Source: Cenarchaeum sp.
Lineage (GTDB): Archaea > Thermoproteota > Nitrososphaeria > Nitrososphaerales > Nitrosopumilaceae
DNA: 64,000 nt
Direction: 5' to 3'
NCBI GenBank assembly: GCA_965212015.1
Contig: OZ243037.1
Coordinates: 1,152,001-1,216,000 of the forward strand
The notes under the pieces were generated by a model. That model was not told where the DNA came from. It saw nothing but the letters and a program-made list of their open reading frames with translations, and ran no database searches. This document shows positions 1 to 9,735 of this stretch, piece by piece (the stretch's first letter is position 1; each line of letters starts with the position of its first letter). A program made the position numbers and the translations under genes.

Positions 1-519
1 AGATTTAATTTGTTGATCAATAATTGAAATTAAATTTGTTTTTATTGGTTTTAATATTTCTCCTTTACCCTCTGGTGCTCTAGATTTTTCAATAAAATCC
101 TTCCAATTTTCTAATGTTGTGTTATATATATTAGTTGGAAGTTCAAATTCAGAAATTTCAGGATTAAAATTCCAATTATATTTATTATTATAATATTTTG
201 TTACTACAATAGTTTCAGTGTTTTTTAAAGATGCAGATATATCAGATAATACAGATTTTTCATCATCATTAAGTTCAAATTCTGCAGAGCTTACTGGATA
301 GTTTTTCTCTGAGAATTCATCGGTGTATCTTCTTCGTGGAAATTCTTTTAATCCATCATATGTTGATTTATCAGAAGGATTTAATTTTGATAATCCTCTA
401 AAAAGTGCTGATTTGCCTGATTCATTTTTTCCCACAAATGTGGTAAAATCTTTAATATTAATCCAGCCACTATCATTAATTTTTTTATAATTTTGAACTC
501 GAAATTTACACATTTTCAT
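1..519 (-). CDS. N-terminal part of an OLD-family / AAA_15-type ATPase (putative ATP-dependent nuclease); runs off the window edge
   Basis: Manual translation from ATG 519: MKMCKFRVQNYKKINDSGWINIKDFTTFVGKNESGKSALFRGLSKLNP. F-x-V-x-N-Y-K strand followed by Walker A GKNESGKS is typical of SMC/OLD-type ABC ATPases. Open to position 1; very AT-rich. Confidence 0.8.
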   Translation of the reverse strand, partial: MKMCKFRVQNYKKINDSGWINIKDFTTFVGKNESGKSALFRGLSKLNPSDKSTYDGLKEFPRRRYTDEFSEKNYPVSSAEFELNDDEKSVLSDISASLKNTETIVVTKYYNNKYNWNFNPEISEFELPTNIYNTTLENWKDFIEKSRAPEGKGEILKPIKTNLISIIDQQIKS

Positions 520-589
520 AATTAACATTATTATTGTTTAAATTTAAATGTTTCACCAAAAATTATATAATCGATTAAGTTTCCCTAGC

Positions 590-870
590 AATTCCCGCAG
601 CTTTTCTGCCCTATTCAGGCCTGTTTGCACCAGCTCAGAAAGCACGTCATCAGTACACCAAACATACTCATGCCACTTGCCGTGGCAATCCTCATCCGTA
701 TCTTCCGGTGGATCACCACTCTGCGTATCATCCTTTCAGATTCGTTATTTGTCGGCTCCATCCCGGGATGCCGTATGAACGTGAACAGATCATCTGCCGC
801 ATTATCCAGCGTGGTGCCGAATTTTGATCCAGATACATCTGTGCGATGCTTCTGGCCCAGATGATCATAG
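590..870 (-). pseudogene. IS66-family transposase (TnpC) C-terminal remnant
   Basis: Minus-strand translation KFGTTLDNAADDLFTFIRHPGMEPTNNESERMIRRVVIHRKIRMRIATASGMSMFGVLMTC matches the IS66 TnpC C-terminal motif LFTF..P...PTNN.SER..R..V..RK. No intact upstream frame. Confidence 0.7.
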
Positions 871-1401
871 AGTCATATTCGACATTCCCAATATCCGGCG
901 GCACAAGTTTGCCTCATGGAATAATCACTACAGTTTTTGGTGCAGTATCTGTATTTACGGATCGTCATCCCCAAGATTGTCTAATTCGTGCAGTATGTGC
1001 GACCAGCACTTCTACTGGATGCAGAACGAATTATACCAGGAATATCCGTCACGCATTATCGGGATATTCCAGTGTAGATAATATTCGTACAGTAGGCCTG
1101 TGCCTTTGTTCTGGCAACCGTTATTGATACGGCATCGTCCACTATGCACGCTCAGGCATATCCCAGTTTGTTTTTTATAGGACGGGGTTTAATCCATCTT
1201 TGGATACGTTGATTCCAACATGGATTCGCGTGTGCAATCTGCCTCCGGTGCAAGCTCTTTATCGCATACGGATCATGGCTTGGGCTGATCGCAAAATTAT
1301 TGAAGACAGATGTTGGAGGAAATTGTCCTTGTACTCAACCTAATCTATTACACCTAAATGATCCAAATAAATAATAAGGACATATTATTGATAATATTAG
1401 T

Positions 1402-2013
1402 TTGCTAAATAAATGGAATTGCCACATAACTTTCAAGAATCGATATGTATGTTCTGGAATAACAAAACATATTCTCAAATATTCAGACGATCCGAATAAG
1501 AAATTACGAATATTAGATGTCGGTTGTTCTACAGGCAAAGCTATAGCAAAATGTAAATCAGTCTTATTTCATGAAAATAATCTTGAATTAGTTATAATTG
1601 GTATTGATGATTTCTCATGGCCATCACGAATTCCCAGATATATATCACGATTAGTATCAAAAGCAAATTCAAATCTAGATGTGTTTATTCGGAAAGATAT
1701 ATTGGATGTTGATAATAAAGAATTAGATGAATGTGATATTATTATTTGTGCAAATATTTTTGTCGGAGTAAATAATGATGTTAAACAAGAGATATTAAAC
1801 AAATGTGTACAATTTCTCAAATCAGATGGAATTCTAATTACAAATGGAATAGATTCATCATTAAAAGATCAATTACTTAGTTTAGACGATTCAATCGGAA
1901 ATGAAAATAGAAAGAAATATTTTTATAAATGGTACTGTGATTATATTGGCCTTAAAAACTTCATATCTATTAATAAATCTGATTTGGAACAATATGTTAA
2001 AATGAAAATTTAA
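1402..2013 (+). CDS. Class I SAM-dependent methyltransferase
   Basis: Motif I LRILDVGCSTG, acidic beta-2 end IIGIDD, DIIICAN and LKSDGILI; AT-rich. Confidence 0.75.
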   Translation: MLNKWNCHITFKNRYVCSGITKHILKYSDDPNKKLRILDVGCSTGKAIAKCKSVLFHENNLELVIIGIDDFSWPSRIPRYISRLVSKANSNLDVFIRKDILDVDNKELDECDIIICANIFVGVNNDVKQEILNKCVQFLKSDGILITNGIDSSLKDQLLSLDDSIGNENRKKYFYKWYCDYIGLKNFISINKSDLEQYVKMKI

Positions 2014-2052
2014 TAATATTCAATTATTCATAGATATTACAAGCCTGAGAAT

Positions 2053-2509
2053 ATGCTGGAAAACCATGACAAAAGTACGGATGATCCCATACACATGCAT
2101 ATCATAGAGTCATTTGACAACATGATAATAACGGAAAAATCCCTCTTTGGCAAGACAGGCTTTAATTCTATCAAATTCAACCATGCCCTAAGATTATTCT
2201 CAAAGATGGTAAGAAAAGATGAGTACAAAAGACTGTTCTGAGAGTTCAAAGACTAGTCATGATCCTGGAAACAGGTGCAAGCTGCACATCCGACATGTTT
2301 TGCTCTTAGGTTTAGAGCACAAAAGACACAGTACAACACAGGAATGCCTTGTGGCAAATTATGGCATCGATCAGAGCATGATATCTGACTATCTTGTATT
2401 TGCCGACGGCATATTCCAGATGATATTTCTCACTTCATCCGTACTGGCCAGGAAAAAAAGATCCAAGGCGGATGACGAGATACTGATGATACCCACAATG
2501 ATACTCTGA
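2053..2509 (+). pseudogene. Frameshifted remnant of an IS5-like / DDE_Tnp_4 transposase (N-terminal HTH region)
   Basis: Two overlapping frames (2053-2241, 2219-2509). PGNRCKLHIRHVLLL...TTQECLVANYGIDQSMISDYL resembles the HTH of DDE_Tnp_4-type transposases; no catalytic domain follows. Confidence 0.6.
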
Positions 2510-2544
2510 TAGAAACACAAATTAGTCTTGTATTTGGATTAATA

Positions 2545-2997
2545 TTGGATATGATCGATGCCGCTCTCAATTTATTGAATATGATCGATACTGCTCTCAT
2601 TTTGTCAGGAACTATAGGATGTATCGCCTTAATTTTTGCTCGGCTGCAGCATGTTCATCAGAAAAAAACAACTTCAGTCAACATATCAATGGAAATGTTA
2701 AAGCGTTTTAGAGAGGATGATTTCAGAAAAACTGTGCGCTTTTTAAATACAAATGAGTTGCCAAATGATAAGTGGGACAAAAATAAAGAATTATTGAAAT
2801 TATTGAATCATTTTGAGGAGATGGGCTTGTTTGAAAAAGACAAATTACTTTCGACGGATCACATAGTACATCTACATGGTCATGTCTTAAAATTGATTAA
2901 AAATAATGAATGTGCAAAAAAACTGATCCGAGATTGGAAGTCAAAAAGGCCAGATTTTTATTTCATTCATTTGTCAAGACTATTGCGGAAAATCTAA
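2545..2997 (+). CDS. Membrane-anchored hypothetical protein, DUF4760-like
   Basis: N-terminal TM helix, then a helical domain with LLNHFEEMGL and FYFIHLSRL; 30-bp imperfect duplication at the 5' end (MIDAALNLLN/MIDTALIL). Confidence 0.55.
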   Translation: MDMIDAALNLLNMIDTALILSGTIGCIALIFARLQHVHQKKTTSVNISMEMLKRFREDDFRKTVRFLNTNELPNDKWDKNKELLKLLNHFEEMGLFEKDKLLSTDHIVHLHGHVLKLIKNNECAKKLIRDWKSKRPDFYFIHLSRLLRKI

Positions 2998-3333
2998 TAA
3001 TCGCCAGTAGTGCCTTTTGTCGCCTTAAATGCCTCGCCTTCTTTTTTACAATAAGGACAGGGATATTTGTCTATTTTTCGACCACAATTTGAACATTGCA
3101 TAGATCATGTCATATGAATTCAGGTTTAAACTTTACGATCAGGTCAGCATCTCCACAAATCCCACTCCCAGAACCCTCCCAGAGGCCCAGCTCTCGGAAA
3201 CAGATATGCAAGCCGAACCGCCCAAGCCAGAAAACAAACACTCAACCTCCAAAAACGACCATTCCAGCCTCTCACGCTCAAAAATCACCCAAAATCACCA
3301 TACCAATACTCTACAACTAACGTTAGGCCTCTA

Positions 3334-3352
3334 AAAAAAATAAAAAAAGGGG
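3334..3352 (-). terminator. Oligo-T archaeal terminator of the S-layer gene
   Basis: Minus strand reads CCCCTTTTTTTATTTTTTT, about 20 nt after the stop codon. Confidence 0.55.
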
Positions 3353-3370
3353 AAATGTGTTGTTTCTAGT

Positions 3371-6300
3371 CTATACTACGTTGATGTCTATTACGGCTTT
3401 GGGTGACAGTGCAGTCGGGTTGGATACTGATTCCCAGGCAAACATTGTTACTGTGTATGCTCCAGGTGTGTCAGGTATCCATGACTGTGCTGCGTTTTGT
3501 GAACCGCCAGCTGGCATTACGCCTCCGGACCAATCAAGTTTGATGATCACTCCGTTTGCGTCTTCGATCTGTACCAAATATGCATAGTCCTGCTCCTTGT
3601 CCTGTCCGCTGATCAAGTCCGCCTCAAAGTGCACCCGTGTATCCACGGATATGCTAGCTAGGGGGTTTCCTTGGCCGTCGACTACTCGCGGATCGTTGAT
3701 TACCAGGCGCTCAAGAGGCGGTACTATTGTACCGATGAACGTTGTTCCCGTAATCTGTACCTCATCCGAAGGTGAGTAAGTCCTGTCAGGCAGGTCTGGG
3801 AGAGTATTGTCGTCATATTCAGCCTTTACCGTGTCGCCTTCAGCTACTCTGAGCCTGTGGCCAGATGAGTCCTCGGTTAGCGAGAATGTCACCGTGCCCT
3901 CAAATATACCAGTTGCCTGGTTGGTCTCAGTTACAGTGAGGTCAATGCCTCCGCTGTCACTATCAGAGCGAACGTCAATGTCGAAGTTGTCTACCGATTC
4001 TGGATTCCAGTTCATGTCCGGATCAATCACACGTACAGTGCCTGTTGATGATGCAGCATAGCTAGCTTCTAGCCAGCTTACCTCACCTAGGTTCCATCTG
4101 ATCAATGAAGAGCCGATTACGGTCTCATCCTCTGAGAACTCAAAGGACACCGTTACACCGTCGTCTTCAGTGGCAGACAAGAGACCATTAGTCGGGCCCT
4201 GACCGTCAGACTCGTAGTTTGCCGGTATGGCAAATCCAACGTCCTGTCCTAGGTCGTTGCCCGTAGTCGTGTCGCCGTCAGCATCGTGCAAGAAACCGGT
4301 GAGTATTACCTCTCCGGTAAATATGCCCGTGTCGGGACCCGTCTCAGTCAGCCTGTATTGGTCAAGATCGCCCTCACCAGTGTTTACCCTTACCACGTCC
4401 TCTCTCGTTTCTCCGATTTCATCAATCAGATCGCTGTCAAAGTTGTGGTCAGGTGCAAGTATGGTGATATACACCTTGTCAGTCCAGGTATACACCTTTT
4501 GATCGAGCTCTATCGTGGCACCAAAGTTGGATGTGAGTACTGTAAGATTTACATCTTCGTCCTCGTCACCAACATAGTTTGCGCCAGATGGACCCCAATC
4601 GGTGTATTCTAGCTCGATTGCCTCGCCTCTGTCCAGATTGCTTTCGCTTAGTGCTTCAGGGATTTCAATGACAACCTGGAAGATTCCAGTGCTGTCACCT
4701 GTCTCTCTAAATGCACTTGGTTCTGGATCGAATGCTGTGTCTTGACCACCTAGTATACCCATGGTCAGTGCGGCATCGTCTGAATCCCATTCAATGAGAT
4801 CCAGTGTATAGGTCTCGCGCTCGTCATTTTCAAGGTCAAGATCTGGCTCGATTAGAGTCAGAATCATGTCCCCTCCAATAATGTACGCGGACTTGTCGGA
4901 TTGTAGTATGCCGTTTCTGAGGTCGAATGTAGCTGAATCAGTCACTGTGTTTTCTTCACCTGATGCGTCTGTTGGATCCGTGTATATCACTGTGAGAATG
5001 TCGCCTTGCAGGATACAATAGTTGCGCTCTGTATCACCGTTGAATCGGACAGTAGAGTTGCCTCTTGAACCGTCTGCTACATTCTCAAAGTTGTCAGTGT
5101 TCGGACAGTTGTTGCTAGACGGGCCGTCAGTATACCTGACAGGCAGATCCAGCTCGAATATTCCGGCATCCGGTGCAATCTCTGCAATCGGGCCGAATTC
5201 GTACTGGTTGTCTTCAGGTTCTGTGCCTACTGTGAGGTGGGTACCGCTACTTGCTTCTCCACCTGCAGTTGCCAGGATTACAGTCTCAGAGCCTCTAGAC
5301 ACGGAAACTTCTATCGGTCCTCGTGCTCCGTCTGCAATCATGTCCTCACCACTGCCAGATATGTCATAGTCCGGATCGTTGACCCTTACGTGTATGGTCA
5401 GATCACCGTTTTGGATTGTCTCGTCTGGCTGTATGCCGTCACTGCCTATACTGGCTACATGAACCGGGAATATGGCTCTTCCACTAGGGCCAGAACCACT
5501 CTCGGGATCAAAGTCGGCAACTCCGTCAGTCTCACCAACAGTACCGAATGGTACCGGGTAGACAGTTTTGTCAAAGCTGACCGAACCAGTGTTTGCGCGG
5601 ATTCCAGCAGAATCACCTACTTCGATGATTTCGCCGGACAGATCTCTATAGTCGACATAGTTTACCTCCAAGTCTACACCAGTAGTGGATACATATCCAG
5701 GAATTTCTTCAGTTCCAGATGTGTCTGCTGGACAGTACACTGTAGGTATCTGGAATGTTCCTGTGAATATTCCTGAAGCCTTTGTGGTCTCGGCCATGGT
5801 AAATCCAGTGGCTCCAAGTCCATCGTCTGCAGGATTATCTCCGAAGCATCCATTACGCTCAGCACTTGTCCATAGTTCGTCGTCGAAGGTGATATCAAGC
5901 AGTCGTCCAAGATTGTCAGCTGGATTATCATCGGTTCCAACCACATCAACATTAAAGGATGTGGTACCGCTAGTATTACGTACCACAGTAAAGATATCCC
6001 TTACCTCCACATCTGTGTTCAGATCCGGATCCTCAAGGGTAACTGTTACCGTGTCGGCAATCTTGTAGTTGTTTGAGTCAAACGATACTACGCCTGAATG
6101 AGTCGGTGCTTCTACCTGGTCTGCGACCTGTGTAGCCACGCCATCCTCGCCAAAGTCAAGATAGTTGATTCTCACTGAATCCTCGTCTGTAAGATCATTG
6201 TGGATGATCATTTCTGCATCATCGCTGATCACGTCCAGATTCGGAATGTAAGAATTAGGATCGTTGACATTGAGCTGGTTTAGCATCAGGAACTCTAGGG

Positions 6301-8374
6301 AGCCTATAAAGACTCCGGTATTGTCCCCGCTCTCTTCTAGCTCCAGCCTATAGATGGCATTGTTGACCCTGTCACCAGGAGCAACACCGTCGCCTATTTG
6401 GCCATAGCTAAAGAAGTCGATTGCTATAGGATACGTGGCTGCAGGAATGTCCTCACCAAAGTCAACAATCTCTACAGTTAGATCTTCACCCAGGAATCCT
6501 CTTTCTACAATAGTCAAGTCGGTTTCATCTAGTAGAACCAAGCCCTGAAGTCCTTCAGATGTGGCAATATCAACCTCAGTGCCGTTATTAACACTAAATG
6601 TTAGAGTGCCAATATCACTGTCAACATCTCCAAATGATCGTAGATCATAGTTCAGGAAGTGATGTACCGTATCGTTGGATGCTCCATCAAAGAAGTCCCT
6701 CAATACCGTGCCATCACCTTTGTCGAATGTGAGTGTTAGAGGAGCGGTTACAGTGATAGAGCTATTAACTACGATCAACATCCTGTCACTAAAGGCTTGA
6801 ACTTCAGAGCTTCCAATATTAGCAGCATTACCGCCTTCAATTGTAACTCCAGTCGTACCGGCCAGTGTCACTGGGCTTCCAATTCTAACGCTTGGAATCA
6901 GTGGGACGTTTGAATCAAATAGATCCAGGTCTTCGTCGACCAGGCTGTTTCTGTTGATGTCGCCGTCTGTGAGTGTGATTGATATCTGTTCACCAGAGTT
7001 CCATGCATCACCTACTCCGTCTTTGCCAAATTCTATGCTACCAAAGTAATTGGTAACAAAGATTGACTTTTCTGAGAGGTTGTAATCGATGCTTGCACTG
7101 ACTCCTCTAGGCGCATCAGCATGAACAACAATGTTGGCTATATCGCCTTCATCGGTGTTTTTGAATATGCCAGAGTTTGACTGAGTTTCAGTTATGGTCA
7201 CTGGAGCAGCACCTGCATCAATGTCTGTTATGGCTGTACCATCATCTAGTGTGACTGTCGCCGTTGCAAGTTCAGCTATACCATTTTCTACATCACTGCT
7301 CAGTACCTGTTCTGTATTGTCTTGTAGCTGAAGTAGATCACCAAATTCATGGTTCTCCTTGTTCGGATACAGTATCAAAGCTCCATTGTCGTCAAAGTTC
7401 AGGGTACTAAGAGGTATGTCTGGATGATCACCTGCACCTCCTTGTGATTCGCCATTCTCATCAAATACTTGGTATCTGGTTTCAGTGGCGCCAAAGGGTG
7501 TCGAAAATGTCCAAGAGTCTTCGTCAGTTGGGTCGATGTTTAGCTGTAGATCAGTTATGGTAAAATGAACTGATGCTCCAGGTGGATAGTCCTCCCTGTC
7601 TAGTGACAGGCCGGCATATCCATCGGCATCATCCAAGTATACCAAATCAATCTGTTGTTCTCCGCCACCCTTGTTGTACTTTACCTCGATGGTTCCATCT
7701 ACGGCAAAGTTAAACACTTGAATGGCAGGAAATTCGTTGGGAGCTAGACCGACTTGTCCAAGAGTTACTCCACCATTTCCTTCGGCGGTAGGTGTTTTTT
7801 GTTCTCTGAGAACATTTTGGTTGTCATTTCTGTCATCAGGTAATGATCCAGTTGGAGTACCAGTAGCTTCGTTACCACATGTTGCATCTTCAAAGTATAC
7901 ACCATCGGTATCAGAATAACTGGTAAGACTAACAGCAGCATCAGTGGCATCATCATCAGTGGCAGCATCAGCAGATCCTTCAGTACAGAATGTACCAAAG
8001 TCCAATGATTCACCATTAATACCAATAAGATCAGCAGCTTCTGCCATACTTGCTTCTGCAAAGTACGCATACCAGTTGCCGTCAGTTGCCTGTACCATCT
8101 GTATGTCTTGTCCATTGACCGTCACGTCTGGTTCGGATTCTAGCGAGTCCACATCCTTCAAGTCAGGATCGTTGACTACAATCTCGACGACCATAGGGCC
8201 GGCAATGCTGTTGTCAAACAGTGAGTTTTCCGCAGAAACGAACAGGTTTTCGGTAGCTGCATGTGCGACCGGCGTGCCAGGAATGGCAAACGTCAGTCCA
8301 CCTGCAACCATTATCGTCATTATTATTAGACTAGTTGTTTTTCGTATTTTGTCGTTATCTATTTTGTTTTTCAT
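3371..8374 (-). CDS. slaA: S-layer protein (SlaA, Nitrosopumilus Nmar_1547-like), 1667 aa
   Basis: Signal peptide TSLIIMTIMVAGGLTFAIPG, mature start NLFVSAENSLFDN, very acidic, repeated Ig-like units with ETxxxxGIF motifs, C-terminus FAWESVSNPTALSP. Confidence 0.9.
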   Translation of the reverse strand: MKNKIDNDKIRKTTSLIIMTIMVAGGLTFAIPGTPVAHAATENLFVSAENSLFDNSIAGPMVVEIVVNDPDLKDVDSLESEPDVTVNGQDIQMVQATDGNWYAYFAEASMAEAADLIGINGESLDFGTFCTEGSADAATDDDATDAAVSLTSYSDTDGVYFEDATCGNEATGTPTGSLPDDRNDNQNVLREQKTPTAEGNGGVTLGQVGLAPNEFPAIQVFNFAVDGTIEVKYNKGGGEQQIDLVYLDDADGYAGLSLDREDYPPGASVHFTITDLQLNIDPTDEDSWTFSTPFGATETRYQVFDENGESQGGAGDHPDIPLSTLNFDDNGALILYPNKENHEFGDLLQLQDNTEQVLSSDVENGIAELATATVTLDDGTAITDIDAGAAPVTITETQSNSGIFKNTDEGDIANIVVHADAPRGVSASIDYNLSEKSIFVTNYFGSIEFGKDGVGDAWNSGEQISITLTDGDINRNSLVDEDLDLFDSNVPLIPSVRIGSPVTLAGTTGVTIEGGNAANIGSSEVQAFSDRMLIVVNSSITVTAPLTLTFDKGDGTVLRDFFDGASNDTVHHFLNYDLRSFGDVDSDIGTLTFSVNNGTEVDIATSEGLQGLVLLDETDLTIVERGFLGEDLTVEIVDFGEDIPAATYPIAIDFFSYGQIGDGVAPGDRVNNAIYRLELEESGDNTGVFIGSLEFLMLNQLNVNDPNSYIPNLDVISDDAEMIIHNDLTDEDSVRINYLDFGEDGVATQVADQVEAPTHSGVVSFDSNNYKIADTVTVTLEDPDLNTDVEVRDIFTVVRNTSGTTSFNVDVVGTDDNPADNLGRLLDITFDDELWTSAERNGCFGDNPADDGLGATGFTMAETTKASGIFTGTFQIPTVYCPADTSGTEEIPGYVSTTGVDLEVNYVDYRDLSGEIIEVGDSAGIRANTGSVSFDKTVYPVPFGTVGETDGVADFDPESGSGPSGRAIFPVHVASIGSDGIQPDETIQNGDLTIHVRVNDPDYDISGSGEDMIADGARGPIEVSVSRGSETVILATAGGEASSGTHLTVGTEPEDNQYEFGPIAEIAPDAGIFELDLPVRYTDGPSSNNCPNTDNFENVADGSRGNSTVRFNGDTERNYCILQGDILTVIYTDPTDASGEENTVTDSATFDLRNGILQSDKSAYIIGGDMILTLIEPDLDLENDERETYTLDLIEWDSDDAALTMGILGGQDTAFDPEPSAFRETGDSTGIFQVVIEIPEALSESNLDRGEAIELEYTDWGPSGANYVGDEDEDVNLTVLTSNFGATIELDQKVYTWTDKVYITILAPDHNFDSDLIDEIGETREDVVRVNTGEGDLDQYRLTETGPDTGIFTGEVILTGFLHDADGDTTTGNDLGQDVGFAIPANYESDGQGPTNGLLSATEDDGVTVSFEFSEDETVIGSSLIRWNLGEVSWLEASYAASSTGTVRVIDPDMNWNPESVDNFDIDVRSDSDSGGIDLTVTETNQATGIFEGTVTFSLTEDSSGHRLRVAEGDTVKAEYDDNTLPDLPDRTYSPSDEVQITGTTFIGTIVPPLERLVINDPRVVDGQGNPLASISVDTRVHFEADLISGQDKEQDYAYLVQIEDANGVIIKLDWSGGVMPAGGSQNAAQSWIPDTPGAYTVTMFAWESVSNPTALSPKAVIDINVV

Positions 8375-8400
8375 GTTCTTACGATTTTTTAGAAAAAAAT

Positions 8401-8432
8401 ACTATAAAAGGGTAATGAACGAGTCGTTCATT
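8401..8432 (-). promoter_or_regulatory. slaA promoter: TATA box plus upstream perfect palindrome
   Basis: Minus strand CTTTTATAGT at 8401-8410, about 30 nt upstream of ATG 8374. Perfect inverted repeat AATGAACGA-G-TCGTTCATT at 8414-8432. Confidence 0.6.
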
Positions 8433-9068
8433 GCAAAACGAGGGAATTCCCATGAAACGTGCCTAACCACACAGTTTGCCCATGGCAGATCAGATCGCCC
8501 CAGTCAGGGCCGAATTTACTGCAAAATGACAGATCGGCCGGCCGCATCACCCGGTACCCAAGCCGCCGCTTTTGCCCCCAAGCCGGAATGGCGCACATTT
8601 GCACCACACTTGTACAGGTCCGTGCCAGAACGGGGTTTATGATGTCAACGGATCACCGTACACATCATGCGATCCAAAGTTCACGCGATCAGACGGTTTA
8701 GATAAAATTCCCAGCCGGCCGATCAGGCTTTATGAACTTTCACGCACCACATCGGTTTATTCTGGAATCATCCACACGTGAAACGGATCTGCAAGATCAG
8801 GATGTGTTTTGACGTCATGCCGGCAGTCCGGATCAACTGCACACAATCCTGGAAATCTTTTGTATTTTTGGCCCGCATGACACACAGATTCCCAACGTAT
8901 GGTGTTCTGCCCCACACGTACTAGACTCACGACAACTTTACGTACACGGTCAATGCGCATCAAATCCAAAAAGCATATTTATAAAATCACGTGCAGGACT
9001 GCAACGTCTCGTACGCCATAAAGCCCGCACCAGAGCCATTCTCGTCTTGCGGCAGAAAAATTTGACGC

Positions 9069-9626
9069 ATGTATTACCGTGACAAAACCGGAATAATCCT
9101 CGACAATGCCTTGGCATACGGCATGCATTTTATGCATTGTTTGGCCTTTGTAAATCGGAATTATACACATGCAGCCAAAGATCCAACCCTAGACTTTGAT
9201 CATGCCGCTACAACCCGCAAATCCGCAAGCATCCCGCCCCAAAATACAAGGCTCATCCTGTCTGACGCTGCCAAGGAACGACTTCGAATATACCGCGCAA
9301 AATACTATAAGGCAAACAAGGAAACGATCTTGGCTCAAAACAGAAAATATCAAGCAAAATTAAAGACCGGTAGAAAACCCAAGGGAAAACCCGGCAGACC
9401 CAAAAGAAAGCCGGGTAGAAAACCAGGTAGAAAGTCCCAAACAAAGACGAGGAAAACCGTGGGAAATCCAGTGCAAGATCCAAGGGACCTACCAAGGCAC
9501 AGCTCAGGAAATACCATCGGGAATATGCGAGGAAATACTATAAAGCAAACAGGGCAAAGATTCTCTCCAAAAATAGAAAACGAAAACGTTAAAGCTAAAG
9601 GTAAAACCAAAAATAAGACACTGTAG
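9069..9626 (+). CDS. Basic K/R-rich hypothetical protein with AT-hook-like GRP/GRK repeats; true start probably downstream
   Basis: AKERLRIYRAKYYKANKETILAQNRKY resembles segments of the next ORF, followed by GRKPKGKPGRPKRKPGRKPGRK. Confidence 0.55.
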   Translation: MYYRDKTGIILDNALAYGMHFMHCLAFVNRNYTHAAKDPTLDFDHAATTRKSASIPPQNTRLILSDAAKERLRIYRAKYYKANKETILAQNRKYQAKLKTGRKPKGKPGRPKRKPGRKPGRKSQTKTRKTVGNPVQDPRDLPRHSSGNTIGNMRGNTIKQTGQRFSPKIENENVKAKGKTKNKTL

Positions 9627-9735
9627 GAAATGATATTGTCGTGAGGTATTATGAGGTCAAATCAATACTCATTATGTACAAAACTTTTGTGCACAAAGAA
9701 CAACCCATAATAATTACCAAACAAGACATCACACA

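Noticed and set aside
3060-3334. C/A-skewed segment with two short ORFs, possible IS end
   Set aside because: No terminal inverted repeat partner or recognisable protein found.
8433-9068. Short ORFs or an attachment site upstream of slaA
   Set aside because: No motif support and no match to the tRNA-Lys 3' end seen.
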